From assembly GCA_051294905.1 (NCBI GenBank), contig CM119372.1, forward strand, positions 7,564,001 to 7,628,000: DNA of 64,000 nt, written 5' to 3'. This DNA is from Botryllus schlosseri. Taxonomy: Eukaryota. The position numbers and the translations under genes are program-made. Shown here one piece after another: positions 37,501-49,290 of the stretch (positions are counted from its first letter, which is position 1; the number at the start of each line of letters is the position of its first letter). The notes below the pieces were generated by a model that was not told the origin of the DNA, did no database searches, and was given only the letters and a program-made list of their open reading frames with translations.

Positions 37501-40500
37501 CATTACCAGCGTGTACTCAAAGGTGGTGTGGACGGTGGACAGTGGGTACTCGAAAAATCACGTGACCGTCACACCCAGAGACCTTTTGTCACTTTGTTAT
37601 CGTCGATCCGTATGCACTATGCAGTAGTAATTATGGACAAAGTCGCTAATGGTCTTTGTCGATTTTGACTGTGTTCCATATCGAGATGGGTGACAGGATT
37701 TAGCATGGTATATTTTTATGTTGTCATGTAACACTGTACCAAGTTTCAATGCTTTAACTCAATGATTAGCGTAGTAATTTCGCTGTCGAAGTCTGGATAG
37801 ATCAGCGCGCACCGATATATTGCCGACTTCGATAACGAAATTACCAAGCGAATCATTGACTGACAATCCTGAAACTTACCCCGAACTTAGATGACACAGC
37901 CAAGATGTACCATGTCAAATTCCGTCATCCATCTCGGTATGGAACACTTTCAAAATTCAACCAATATCGATTTTTGCGAAAAATCCTTCATGCGATAGCC
38001 GGTAGGCTCAATGCCACATCTGCACACGCAGACCCTGGCATACTCGACTTTGAAAACGAAGTTACTACTGTAATTATTGAGTCACAGCCTTGAAACTTGA
38101 TACAGTGTTAGATGCCATCATGAAAATTTATGGTACGAAATTTTGTTATCCATAGCCGTATGCAGCACGATCAAAATCTACATATACCAATACTGTCCTT
38201 CGCAAATAATCTGTTATGCGGTAGGCTGAATGCCAGTTGAATGCATCTTACACCGAACCAATTTCAAAGGCTGTGACTCGATGATTACGATGTATTTTCG
38301 TTATCAAAGTCGATTATATCAGGGTGCGCGCTGTTCTGACATCCATCTTACCGTATGACAGATATTTCACAAAAGCCGCAATTGGTGTATGTAGATTTTG
38401 AATATGTTTTGTTCCGAGATGGATAACAAAACTTCGCAATAAATATTTTGATGAAGGCATCTAACACTGTACTGAGTTTCAAGACTATGACTCAATGATT
38501 ATGGTAGCAATTTCGTTATCGATATTTCGTTAAGTCGAGCAGGGCAATATATCGGTGCGCGCTGATCTATCCAGATAATCGACTTCGACAGCGAAATTAC
38601 TGCGCTAATCATTGAGTTACAGCTTTGAAACTTGGTACAGTGTTACATGATAACATAAAAATATATCATACTAAATCCTGTCACCCATCTCGATATGCAA
38701 CATAGTCAAAATCAACAAAGACCAATGGCGACTTTGCCTTTAATCATTGCTGCAGACGGATCAACAATAACAAAGTGATCAAAGTTATCTGGGTGTGACG
38801 GTCACGTGATTTTTCGAGTGTCCACAATGTCCACACCACCTTTGAGTACACGCTGGTATTGCGTTACCTTTGTCCTTGATGGTTTGAGAACAATTCGGGA
38901 TATACTGCTGCGAAGCGTTGGCCCAATCCTTTCATCTCCGCTATCCCGGTAACAGCGAGATCTTGATCCAGTGAAGCTTGGTACCAATTACGCCACTCTA
39001 TAATTTTCTGACGAAATTCACGAGTGGATAAAATCAATAAGTAAAGAGCGAATATGCTTGCATCCTCGCGAAGTAGACATGTTAAACGCAGATTTTGGCA
39101 TTAGGGCGGATTTAATCCCCCTGGCAGGAATACACCTAATTTCCTGACTCGTTTAATTTTTTTAAAGAACAAATTTACTAGTAGGCTATGCATTTTCACT
39201 GATGTTATAATGGAGTTGAGATGGACATTACTATTAATCAATACCGCACTTATTTCAAAATATGCCGGTAAAAACGATAGACTTGTCGGTCATGTTTGTT
39301 ATTAGCATATTTCTCTGCATAACGGAGAACGAGTTATCAGTAGGGCGATTGTTTTAGGATATAGTAATTGGTGAGTGAGGTCCAAGGTGTTTACAAGCTC
39401 GCTCCGATATTTCAAATCTGAATCTTGACTGCATGGTGTACACTGTGCAGTAGGGCTGTTCAAAAATAACTTTTTTTCCTGAATCTTGCGGGTTACGTGA
39501 TTAAATCGTTAGGTTGCCTTAAAAAACGACGCACACCAAATTTGAATTCATTCGAACCAATATTCGCGGATTTCGTAGAGTTTGAAAATTTCGAATTTGC
39601 CTATGAATGCAAAAAAATTTTTTTATAAAATTTTTCTTCCAACCCCATAAAATTGTTGCGCTGTCTTCAAAGATGATGCAAAACAAATTTGACTCAATTC
39701 CAAGCCGTAGAAGCGGAGTTATTTGAGCTTTTCGATGATAATTCTTGGATTATCCTTGATTGGGGGATAATCCCAGAATCGTCATCGAAAAGCTCAAATA
39801 ACTCCGCTTCTACGGCTTGGAATTGAGTCAAATTTGTTTTGCATCATCTTTGAAGACAGCGCAACCATTTTATGGGGTTGGAAGAAAAATTTGAAAAAAA
39901 ATTTTTTTGCATTCATAGGCAAATTCGAAATTTTCAAACTCTACGAAATCCGCGAATATTGGTTGGAATGAATTCAAATTTGGTGTGCGTCGTTTTTCAA
40001 GGCAACCTAACGATTTAATCACGTAACCCGCAAGATTCAGGAAAAAAAGTTATTTTTGAACAGCCCTACTGTGCAGTGTACATGTACATTGTACATTGGT
40101 TCTTATAGCACAGGGGTTATCAGCGCATGGGTGGATCGCGAGATGTTTCCAAAACTCAGATTTGGGTTGTGGTCTAAAAACGCGACGCAGTCAACATTAT
40201 CGGTATGAAGCAACAGCACTCCAGCAGTATATAGCCTATACACTGAACTTTAATACTACTAGCAACCAACTGCTGCTGTTGAGCGTTTTTCTCTATTAAT
40301 TTCAAGCTACTTCGTATAAGGACTGACAGATCCAACCAAAAAAGTAGAAAAGTACCAAAAATCTAACATTATGTACAGCAATGCCAAATTTAAATACTTG
40401 CGGGCTAAATGTTGCGATTATTAAGCTTTTTAATATCAGAAAATGTCAAAATTTTATTTTTTAGTGCGAAATCCTCCGTTTTTTAGGTCAATAAATAATA

Positions 40501-41301
40501 TCCCTAGTTATCAGCAATCATGACACTTAACGCATATAAGAACCGTCGGAACAGCATGTTCGGAGCGATGAGTTTGAGGTTGCATTCTCAGTCGCATAGA
40601 GCACGTCTAGTAGTTTGGAAATGGCCGGGTCACATGAATCATGCAAAGTTGATTAATTTCAATTAAATTATATTTATTCGGTGAGGCATCACTTGCTTTC
40701 GCGAGGGGTATAGGCCTACTCACCGTGAGGTCGTCTTTACAAAGAGTAGCTTTGCCGGTGATGTTCAATATTGATTGCAATTCCACTAATTGACGGTAAG
40801 AATCACTTGCGGCCTTCCCAGGATGCCTGGAACCATGCCTCGCAATTAGTACCACAGATTCGGGCGTGCAGCCTGCGATTATTTTGAAGGGCTTTAACAT
40901 TTTATCGCCTTTATGAGATGTAGGCTGTAAGCAACCCATACCGACAACAGGCCGTAACAGCCGTACACCAAACCCCTAAATTGAGGGGTGGGGCGAGCTC
41001 GAAGGGCCCCAAAATAATCTAGTAAACAAACATAAATTGTAAACTAATTTTAGGTAGAAATGTTAGCTTCGCAACTTCGTAGCTCATGAAGGCGGCAAAA
41101 CAATTTACCCGAGGTCCTGTCTGATATCCCTATTTCTCCTCTGACTGTGTCGTAAAGAGTTGCGCCATGGAATTGTTTGTAGGGATATCCAGCCTCTCCA
41201 ATATGATCTTTTGAACAGAACCCATCCGATAGCCGTGGAATCGTACATGCCATAATAATGCATAATAATGATATGGCCGAAGGGCTGGATTCGTCCGCCA
41301 T
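34523..41301 (-). CDS. MINPP1: Multiple inositol polyphosphate phosphatase 1-like histidine acid phosphatase, 439 aa, with signal peptide
   Basis: Exons 41301-41109, 40872-40724, 39007-38868, 37284-37109, 36824-36651, 36519-36305, 35041-34927, 34680-34523; all GT-AG, 1320 nt in frame. N-terminal hydrophobic signal. RHGSRHP nucleophile motif, WRNWY...G.AEM..LG.RF...YPELFS, SSNFQRT, SPWC, LEYSRDMRDYMKRSFG, RKFKMSNLIPGSGNVAFVLNKC and QIFHNE all align with MINPP1. Confidence 0.9.
35232..35895. mobile_element. Full-length palindromic hAT-type MITE (arms about 316 bp, 31-bp spacer)
   Basis: TAGGGCTCTTC...GAAGAGCCCTA. Arms 35232-35548 and 35580-35895. TSD GTGTACAG/CTGTACAG (7/8). Lies in MINPP1-like intron 6. 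Confidence 0.9.
37506..38856. mobile_element. Modular foldback element with long imperfect inverted arms
   Basis: Ends CCAGCGTGTACTCAAAGGTGGTGTGGAC / GTCCACACCACCTTTGAGTACACGCTGG flanked by TA. The inverted match continues for about 350 bp. Internal modules (AACACTGTAC.AAGTTTCAA...ACTCAATGATTA) recur in alternating orientation. Confidence 0.82.
39341..40506 (+). mobile_element. hAT deletion derivative with degenerate transposase C-terminal remnant; hosts the 39451-40068 palindrome
   Basis: Ends TAGGGCGATT / AATATCCCTA. Perfect TSD GTTATCAG (39333-40, 40507-14). 40255-40320 matches the 16815-16890 hAT remnant (caac.aactgctgctgttga.cgtt.t). Confidence 0.8.
39451..40068. mobile_element. Full-length palindromic hAT-type MITE, nested in another hAT element
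   Basis: TAGGGCTGTTC...GAACAGCCCTA. About 305-bp near-identical arms with a few-nt loop near 39760. Perfect TSD CTGTGCAG (39443-50, 40069-76). Confidence 0.92.
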
Positions 41302-41429
41302 GTCACGAGGATTTGGTTAGGACAGCACGAGCTATAAATCAAATTGTTTGAAATACATAAATAATATTTTAATATATATCACTATTACTCGGCTGCGAGC
41401 CTGCCACGATGATGAACTGTGGGTAATTC

Positions 41430-41615
41430 ACACAGAGGCGGTCGGTAACGAAGTATTTCTACTTTTTCGATGTGGTCAAGTAGTTTTTCGCTACTTGCGG
41501 TACTTACTCAAGTAAATCTAATTTCCAGCTACTTTTACTTCGTAATATTTTGTGATCTACGTTCTTACTTTTCTATATTTTCAGTTTGTCAAGTAGAAGT
41601 AGTTTAATCCTGTAA
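41430..41615. repeat. Degenerate AAGTAG/CTACTT-rich hAT-like MITE family; also about 21540-21960, 26090-26240, 29460-29620, 47000-47171
   Basis: Recurrent TACTTCTACTT/AAGTAGAAGTA motifs. CAGAGG/CCTCTG-type ends at 41433 and 47171. Confidence 0.5.
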
Positions 41616-42329
41616 TCAGAAACATAGCCTGAGCTTGAGCAATTTCGGGGCTGTTTTGAAGGAGTACCAACATTGGATTTTCATAATAGTTGAGTAAAGC
41701 CCAGAATTTTCACGCACTTCGCGGACCGTGGATATGGAGTGACAATCATGTTTTCACTAAAGTATCGCTGACTAAGAGTTAGATAGCGGGTCGTGTGGTT
41801 CCGTTCACACCGTACTGTCGCCCATATGGAATATTTCATCACAGTAAATATTGCCCATCATCATAACGTTTCAAACTACCGTTTCGCAATCTCGCAGCAA
41901 TATCGTAATCTAGCATGGCGTGTCCTAATCTGGAAAAGTGGACTCCGACTTTTTTTAGTGTTAGACTTGTTTTAGCATACCAACGTTTAAACTTCCTGGA
42001 CAAAAGACATGAAATATATTTTCCACTTTTCTGAAGTATAGTATTTGTATTTCCCAGTATCATACTTTGAGTTTTAATTGGTTTCAGTTCTTTTGTCTGG
42101 AGAACATACATGTTGATGTATATAAAAGCAAGTGTATAGTAATGCCTCTATTTTCCGAAAATAAAGCTACACTATATATGGCATTTTTACGAACCGCCAT
42201 ATTTTTTTATTAACATATACTAATCGCGCATCATATCCGATACAACTTCTCCGTATTGCGTTTCGACTAAACTACGGGCCTTATAATATGGTGGATGGCA
42301 CCATGCCATGATATTTTCTAAAACGGTCA

Positions 42330-42973
42330 AACAAACAATTAGTATCGCATTTTCTTATCAATACTATCATTTGCATCTCGGCATCACCATTGATGCCAAA
42401 ATGCCTTGAAAGCAGCATATTGAATGCACAATATCAAAACTAGCTCGGTGTGTGGGAATAATGACCCGTCTGCAATCTTTGGTTTCTAGATCAATACTAC
42501 GAACCATCTACTTCTCTCTTTTCCACTCTCACCTGCAATATGGAATCATAGTATGGGGATATGCATGCACAAAATTTTTGTGCAGAATTCGAACCCTGCA
42601 AAACCGTGCGATACGATTGATCTAATCTGTACCTTTACGTACCAAATTATCGTCTTACTACCGTGAGCATCGAATTTTGCAAGTTGACGAACTATATCGC
42701 TTCGAAGTATCAAAAGTTATATTCACAAATATTTTTCCAAGTTTGCCTCCTGTGTTTGATGACTTTTTCATACAAGCTAAAAATGTCCACTCCCTACATG
42801 AGATCCTCGTCAAAGGGAAATATCTACTTACCCCCACCCAATAGCAACCTAACTAAGAGATCTATCGACTACTCGGGACCTATCATCTGAAATGCATTAC
42901 CACCACATATCCGTAAATTGCTTATATTAGATTACAAAAAGACCTGCTTAATCCCCTCTTGTCGTTATACTAA
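42330..42973 (+). pseudogene. Decayed CR1/L2-clade LINE, 3' RT end
   Basis: Translates to LGITIDAKMP*KQHI...GIMTRLQSLVSRSILRTIYFSLFHSHLQYGIIVWG...LQNRAIR and ...KRSIDYSGPII*NALP with stops. An opposite-strand LINE fragment lies at about 41900-42110. Confidence 0.75.
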
Positions 42974-44144
42974 CACTGTTGCCCTACCTCGCCCAGACAT
43001 TGCTTCATTGATCATTTACTACCATTGTTTAATTTTTCTGTTATTTTCCTTTTTTTAACTAACATTTTTTTTACAGCCAGACTGTATAGAGTCAAGTGTG
43101 TAACACGAGAAATGGTCAAGTGATTGTGAGCCTCACAGCTCAGTAGTGCCCTCTCTGGTTGGATTTTCCCCTCGTGTCTTGATAGTCACTTGTTGAAGTT
43201 GAGTCGCTTTGTTGCTTGTAATATCATTGGATCAGTGATTGAAGTTAGGCTAAATTTAGTGATTCAACGTGCCATTTAGGGCATTATTTGTATTGTGTGA
43301 GTATTGTATAAGTTTAGGCCATCATTCAGGTGATTGTATTTTGTTTAGATTGTAAGTTTAGAGCCTAGAGAGTTAACTGTTGTTAACCGCTATTGTGACT
43401 GTTGCCTCGACGTTGACGTGATCTTTCTATGTAGTAAATTGCTATCCTATTCTGTAACTGTTTGAGTTACATTTGACCGGGTCTCAGGGGTAGGCTCGGA
43501 TTGTAGGAAGCAAAGAAAGCGAGGTGGTAGTCTCAATTCGAGTTGGCAAGCTACTCGACAAGCCTAAATTGTTACAGCCAAAACTCTAATCAAGTAAATA
43601 TAACGAACTATCGTTTGAGCTAGGCAACGACCAAAACGTCCGTTATATTTAAGTTAACAACAATCTCAGAAGTGATAGAAACGGTCGTCCACAGTTTGAT
43701 ATATCCAAGTCTATTGTATAGACTTGGCCATTGTTGAATATCAATTGCTGCAAGTGGAGTACCGGTATTGTACCATTGACAACTGCTAGTTGCATTCGAA
43801 GAGCTGACATTGAATTGATTGTTAGAATCAGCTTTAGTAGCAGTTGATACAAATTCGTAAGTCTATTGAGGCTGGTGTTCCCAATAGAAAATTTGACTGC
43901 TAAGCCAAGGGTTCTCAGCAGAAGTATTTTGCATTTGAATGAGATATAGGTTCTCATATGAGGCTAGTGTCCTCCATACATGAAATTGTCCTAGTTGTAA
44001 TTGAAAGTGGAAGCAAGTTCAGGAGTTGTTAATTGGCCCACCATATGTAATAAGCAAATTAGTTATAGTTCACGCCAGTCAAAACGGTAATGTGCAACTG
44101 AGGTTTCCAACGTCTCTCCAATTCGTAACTGATGAAAAACAACA

Positions 44145-45080
44145 ATGACCATGGCAAGAATTAAGTGTGTGTCTGAAGAAGAATTGATTCAGAAGTTGGC
44201 CGGACTGCATAGAAGATATGAAAGCATTGAACACGAAATATTGACCCGAGACGTAAACATCAATCTTCTGAGACATCAAAGTGATCTACAGTGTATGTTT
44301 CAAGAATATTCTACACTCTGGAGTTTATACCTCCTCGGAGTCGAAGATGATCTAGAAAAGATTGCATGTCATAAAGATCATGATAAACAAGTGAGATTTT
44401 ATCATGAATTCCAAACTAAGTTGGAGAGATGCATGCAAGAAAGATCGAAACATACACGTTCGAATTATATTGGAAGCAGTCGTCATGTGTCTCGGCGATT
44501 TGGAAATGCATATTCTGCCAGCATACATGATACTGTAAACGTGAAGAGAAAAGAAGCAATCATCCAAAAGAAAATGGCTCATTTGAAATTAGCTCATCAG
44601 TTCAATCGCGAAGTTTTGGAAGATGAGAAATTAATGATTGAACGTAAAACGTCACGATTACGATTGAAGCAAGACTTTGAACTTGCTTGCGTTGAAGCAA
44701 GTATTTGGAAATCCTCAGCTAACGTGCACAAGCTACATTCATACTCGCAGAAGAATACTGAAGAAATGCCTGTTTGTCAAGGTACTGCTCTGAAGCAAAG
44801 CAGTGTAAATACAGAGAATCCAGTTTCTCCTGCCCTCGTTGGACTTGCTGTGAAAGGCCTTGGCAACACTGCACAAGTATTTGTCAATGGGACAAGCAAA
44901 GACAAATCTGATGTGAAAGGTCAGGATGTGGAATGTCCAAGTAATTCTGAAGCTGCAGTATTCAATTCCACTGAAGTCGATGTTATCGTCGATCCTGTCA
45001 ATGCGTCACACCCAATTGAAGATTGCATCAATGCAAATACTTGTGTTCAGGACCTTGGTATTTTGAAAGGACAACGTTGA
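44145..45080 (+). CDS. LTR-element ORF1, 311 aa, gag-N-terminal-like coiled coil followed by low-complexity linker
   Basis: Open frame inside the LTR element. The Ser/Arg-rich tract followed by KRKEAIIQKKMAHLKLAHQFNREVLEDEKLMIERK...ELACVEA resembles BEL/Pao gag N-termini (pattern recognition only). Confidence 0.55.
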   Translation: MTMARIKCVSEEELIQKLAGLHRRYESIEHEILTRDVNINLLRHQSDLQCMFQEYSTLWSLYLLGVEDDLEKIACHKDHDKQVRFYHEFQTKLERCMQERSKHTRSNYIGSSRHVSRRFGNAYSASIHDTVNVKRKEAIIQKKMAHLKLAHQFNREVLEDEKLMIERKTSRLRLKQDFELACVEASIWKSSANVHKLHSYSQKNTEEMPVCQGTALKQSSVNTENPVSPALVGLAVKGLGNTAQVFVNGTSKDKSDVKGQDVECPSNSEAAVFNSTEVDVIVDPVNASHPIEDCINANTCVQDLGILKGQR

Positions 45081-45945
45081 GGACTGTGACACAGAATGTT
45101 CTCAAACCACAATGGTTAAATTTGACAGTGCTAGGTCTCGTAAATTTCCTGATATTGGAAAGGCGCTGAAATGTATTCCGGAAGACGTTCTCCATGTGAA
45201 CAGAGTTGATAATCATATTCCGGAAGATACATTGTTGTGTGAACACTCGGGTTGTTCACGTGATGCAAAGTTTGAAGGTGAAACCGAATCACCTAATGCG
45301 CATGATGAAGTATCAATACTTCACAAGTCAAGCCATCCTGATCCAACTGGTAATGGTCAGGTAGAAAAGATACCTGTGCAATTTGTGCATAGAGAAGTGA
45401 CAGGAAATCAATTCACATTTGAGAAACGATATTCTCTTGATGCCAATATTGAAAAGTTGATGACACAGGTGTCAATGGATTGCGCATTGAATTCAAAGAT
45501 TGAAGCATGCTCTCGTTCCATAACTGGTGACGATGGGATTCTCGATGTGAGTGCTAATTTCCAATCGCAATTGTTGAAGGATCCACAAGGGTATTCTGAC
45601 AGCACTGAGTTTGATGAAGAAGCATCTCTTTATAATGGGGCTTGTCTTCAAGAGCTTGCTCTGTTTGGTAGCATGGACAAATCAATGTTGGAGTTGGCTG
45701 CCATTTGGATTGGCACTGACATATTGTCATTATCCTTCTTTTATAAGGAGGTGCAAACCGAAACAGCTTTGGAGACCTTGAAGAAGATCGAGTGTCTGGT
45801 GAATGCCATTGTGCGATGTGGATCGAACTCCGATGTCTCCCAAAGAATAAGAGTGGAACCTTTCCTCATGGAGTTCCAGTTTTTCGTTCGTACTTGGTTG
45901 ATTGTACAGCCAGTAAACAGATGGTTGTTCGAAAATGTTACTTAA
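45067..45945 (+). CDS. LTR-element ORF2 (stop-free from 45067, first ATG 45112), C-terminal part resembles a degenerate BEL/Pao RT N-terminal region
   Basis: FDEEASLYNGACLQELALFG...GTDI resembles the BEL/Pao pattern VFDASAK.NG.SLND.LL.GP...ADI. No YVDD-like motif before the stop at 45945. Confidence 0.4.
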   Translation, partial: KDNVEDCDTECSQTTMVKFDSARSRKFPDIGKALKCIPEDVLHVNRVDNHIPEDTLLCEHSGCSRDAKFEGETESPNAHDEVSILHKSSHPDPTGNGQVEKIPVQFVHREVTGNQFTFEKRYSLDANIEKLMTQVSMDCALNSKIEACSRSITGDDGILDVSANFQSQLLKDPQGYSDSTEFDEEASLYNGACLQELALFGSMDKSMLELAAIWIGTDILSLSFFYKEVQTETALETLKKIECLVNAIVRCGSNSDVSQRIRVEPFLMEFQFFVRTWLIVQPVNRWLFENVT

Positions 45946-48384
45946 GACTGTTGATATATTTGAGAGATTTACTGAAGTCTCACCAACCTTTTGAAGAACA
46001 TTTGACCTATATTGATAGTGACATTGTGGCATGAGTTGATTGGTAATTTGAATTACTTTTCTTTGGCTTGATAATATCTCGTGCTATTGGGTTAAGTCGA
46101 TGTATTCTCGTAATTCCTACATCTGTGGGGGGGAATGTAACACGAGAAATGGTCAAGTGATTGTGAGCCTCACAGCTCAGTAGTGCCCTCTCTGGTTGGA
46201 TTTTCCCCTCGTGTCTTGATAGTCACTTGTTGAAGTTGAGTCGCTTTGTTGCTTGTAATATCATTGGATCAGTGATTGAAGTTAGGCTAAATTTAGTGAT
46301 TCAACGTGCCATTTAGGGCATTATTTGTATTGTGTGAGTATTGTATAAGTTTAGGCCATCATTCAGGTGATTGTATTTTGTTTAGATTGTAAGTTTAGAG
46401 CCTAGAGAGTTAACTGTTGTTAACCGCTATTGTGACTGTTGCCTCGACGTTGACGTGATCTTTCTATGTAGTAAATTGCTATCCTATTCTGTAACTGTTT
46501 GAGTTACATTTGACCGGGTCTCAGGGGTAGGCTCGGATTGTAGGAAGCAAAGAAAGTGAGGTGGTAGTCTCAATTCGAGTTGGCAAGCTACTCGACAAGC
46601 CTAAAAGTGTTACAGCCAAAACTCTAATCAAGTAAATATAACGAACTATCGTTTGAGCTAGGCAACGACCAAAACGTCCGTTATAAAGTGTACCTGTTTG
46701 ATGCGGGTGCGATCAGACAAGTTGACCCTCAAGGCCGTATCGATCATTCCTATCTAATACCGAATACTGTGCATGTATATTTTCTGTACCACGATCATTG
46801 CCGTCTGTTGTTATGTATTTTGGTTGGATGAAAATAAAGACTCTCTCTCTCTCTCTATCATTTGCATCCCATGATGCGTACGAATGCTCATATGATGTCG
46901 AAAATTGATACCTCCTGGGACGCATCATGAATCAAGCTCTCTACACCTTCCGCAGAGCTCAATTCGCAGCTTTTGACAGTCCATGCGAAAAATTACGACC
47001 GTTTTCACAACTGCTTACTTACTTGCGTAGACTTAAAGTCAGTCAATTCTGCTTCTACTTCAAGTAGTTTTAGGCTGCTTTTAAACTACTACTTCCACTC
47101 GTAAGTAAATTTTTGCGTCGCTACTTCTACTTTTACTTGAGTAGCTTTCTTGACTACTTTGACCACCTCTGTTCATATTGTTCATGAATGTTTCGTCACA
47201 ATTTCAATGAATGCATCGACTTTTTGTGTATTGATTGGTAAATATCGGCTTTCCAGCTGATAACATTGCAAATGACAGATATAAGCCAAGTGCGCGACGG
47301 GTGCAAATTTGGCTGTATAGGAAATGTTGTCAAATTCAGACATCACTGCCATATTCAGATATCAATTCAGATATCACAATTCGCTCATAATTACAGTAAC
47401 GATTTGCATCTTATGGTGCATATAGTAAATTCTGAGATAGGGCGTGAACAATGTGAACATTGAACAATGAGCATCAACCTATCAAGTCATTGCCACAGCT
47501 TTCCTTTCCCGCAGACTTCACCCTCGCTGTACTCCGCCGTTCGGATCTGTTTCTAGGACTAAGACACTAGGCAGCCTATGTAGGCTAAAGAATAAATTAG
47601 TGTTATTCGATCGTCGAAAATAGGATTAATACAGCATTAATAAAATTTCGATGATAGCGCGATTATGCGCAATGAGTCAACGTAGCCAACCTCGTCTCAG
47701 AAATATCGACCACGTTGATACAGATCAACTGAACTGAGCTGGAGCTTAGGATCTTCTCCGCTACGCTAGGTGAATTTCGGACCCAGCATATCATGGACTG
47801 TACCGGAAATTATTGACGGCGATTGGGAATAGAACATACAGAAAGAATGATGCATTCGCGGTGATGCGACAATGATTCGGAAAGTAGCCTCTGCAATATC
47901 AACTCGTTTGATGTCGTTCTGGTGAAGGTTAACTATTTCGAGTCAGATTCAGCGATTCGTATAATCCAATTTAAATACAAAAGATGTATCACAATCATTA
48001 TATTTTGTAATTTCTCGATTCAATATCAATTCAAAACACCACAAGAATTTCCATTCCATGAAAACAAAGGAGGTGAAGTCCAGCAATCAAATTCCCACGT
48101 TGGCCTACAGATATATATTATAGTAATGAAATATAATATTTAAAGCCATACACGATGCTACATAGGCTACACACTCAATGTGAAATAGCCTTCGAAAGAA
48201 GTTTGAAAAATTCAACCCGGCAATCCCAAAACACGCGAGAAAGCACCATGATAGACCGTTCGGATTTTGTCGTTGTTTGCGGTATTCGTGATGTTTTCGA
48301 ATCCAATGGGTATTTACACAACTCAAGGGAGGCCGATATTTTGTTACTATGATTTCGTATCTGTATACTTGTAGCACTTGTAGC

Positions 48385-49290
48385 CAGTGTTGGGATGACT
48401 CGAGTCATGACTTGACTCGAGTCAGACTCGAGTCACCTTTTTCGTATGACTTGACTTGACTCGAGTCACTTTGCTAAAATGACTTTGACTTGACGTGACT
48501 CGGCGTATCAGAAATGTGTATTGACTCGTGACTCGGAGCAAAATTCACGAGTCAATTTCAAGTCATCAAGTAATCGGTGTCGATAAATATCACTGTATCT
48601 TCCATATGTTCGGATTGTTCGCGAAACGCCTCCATTGTTCTCTCACAAATAAATTGAACGCAAATGAAGTGATCGAAGCTTACAGCTTACGTTGTCGTAA
48701 ACTAGTATAGTAAAGAAATTTAATAGCAAAATGACTATTTCTGTTATCTGTTCCAAACCTCTTGTTTTATTTAAATAGAATAGAATATGATTTATATAGT
48801 CCTCAACCATTGGCGTAGGCTCGAATTGTATCATATCAATTTGTAAAGGGGTATGTATTGCATCTTATCCATTCGGTTCTCTATTCTCTATTTCGCCTGG
48901 TAACTATAACTGAGGCTATGCAATTACTTACGTAGTTTAACAGTGCTACGATGTGAGCGATACAGCCCCTTCTTGCGTGTATATTTAGGTCTATATCCGT
49001 TCATCGGTTCAGAATAAATGACCACTCAATATGTATTTGAGACATTTAGCAAAATTCAATGATGTAATCATGCCTCATATCCCGAAACGGCAACTTGACT
49101 TGAATTGTGACTTGACTCGTGACTTGACTTGACTTGACTCGACTTGACTCGAGTCACCTCCAAAAGTCGAGTGACTTGACTTGACTCGAGTCACCTTCGA
49201 AAATCGATTGACTTGACTTGACTCGAGTCAAAATGTGCAATGACTCGAATTGACTCGTGACTCGAAGGTAGTGACTTGATCCCAACACTG
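48385..49290. mobile_element. hAT MITE with GACTTGACTCGAGTC repeats, inserted into a SINE
   Basis: TIR CAGTGTTGGGAT/ATCCCAACACTG. Perfect TSD CTTGTAGC (48377-84, 49291-98). The flanks rejoin into a SINE copy. Confidence 0.9.

Larger units (their letters stand above)
43099..46685 (+). mobile_element. Non-autonomous LTR retrotransposon (BEL/Pao-like), 3587 bp, recent insertion
   Basis: LTRs 43099-43647 and 46136-46685 (TGTAAC...GTTATA) differ at only two sites by eye. Perfect 5-bp TSD AAGTG (43094-98, 46686-90). Polypurine tract GGGGGGGAA at 46127-46135. Possible tRNA-Leu-fragment PBS TCAGAAGTG at 43666-43674. No intact protease, RT, RNase H or integrase. Confidence 0.93.
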
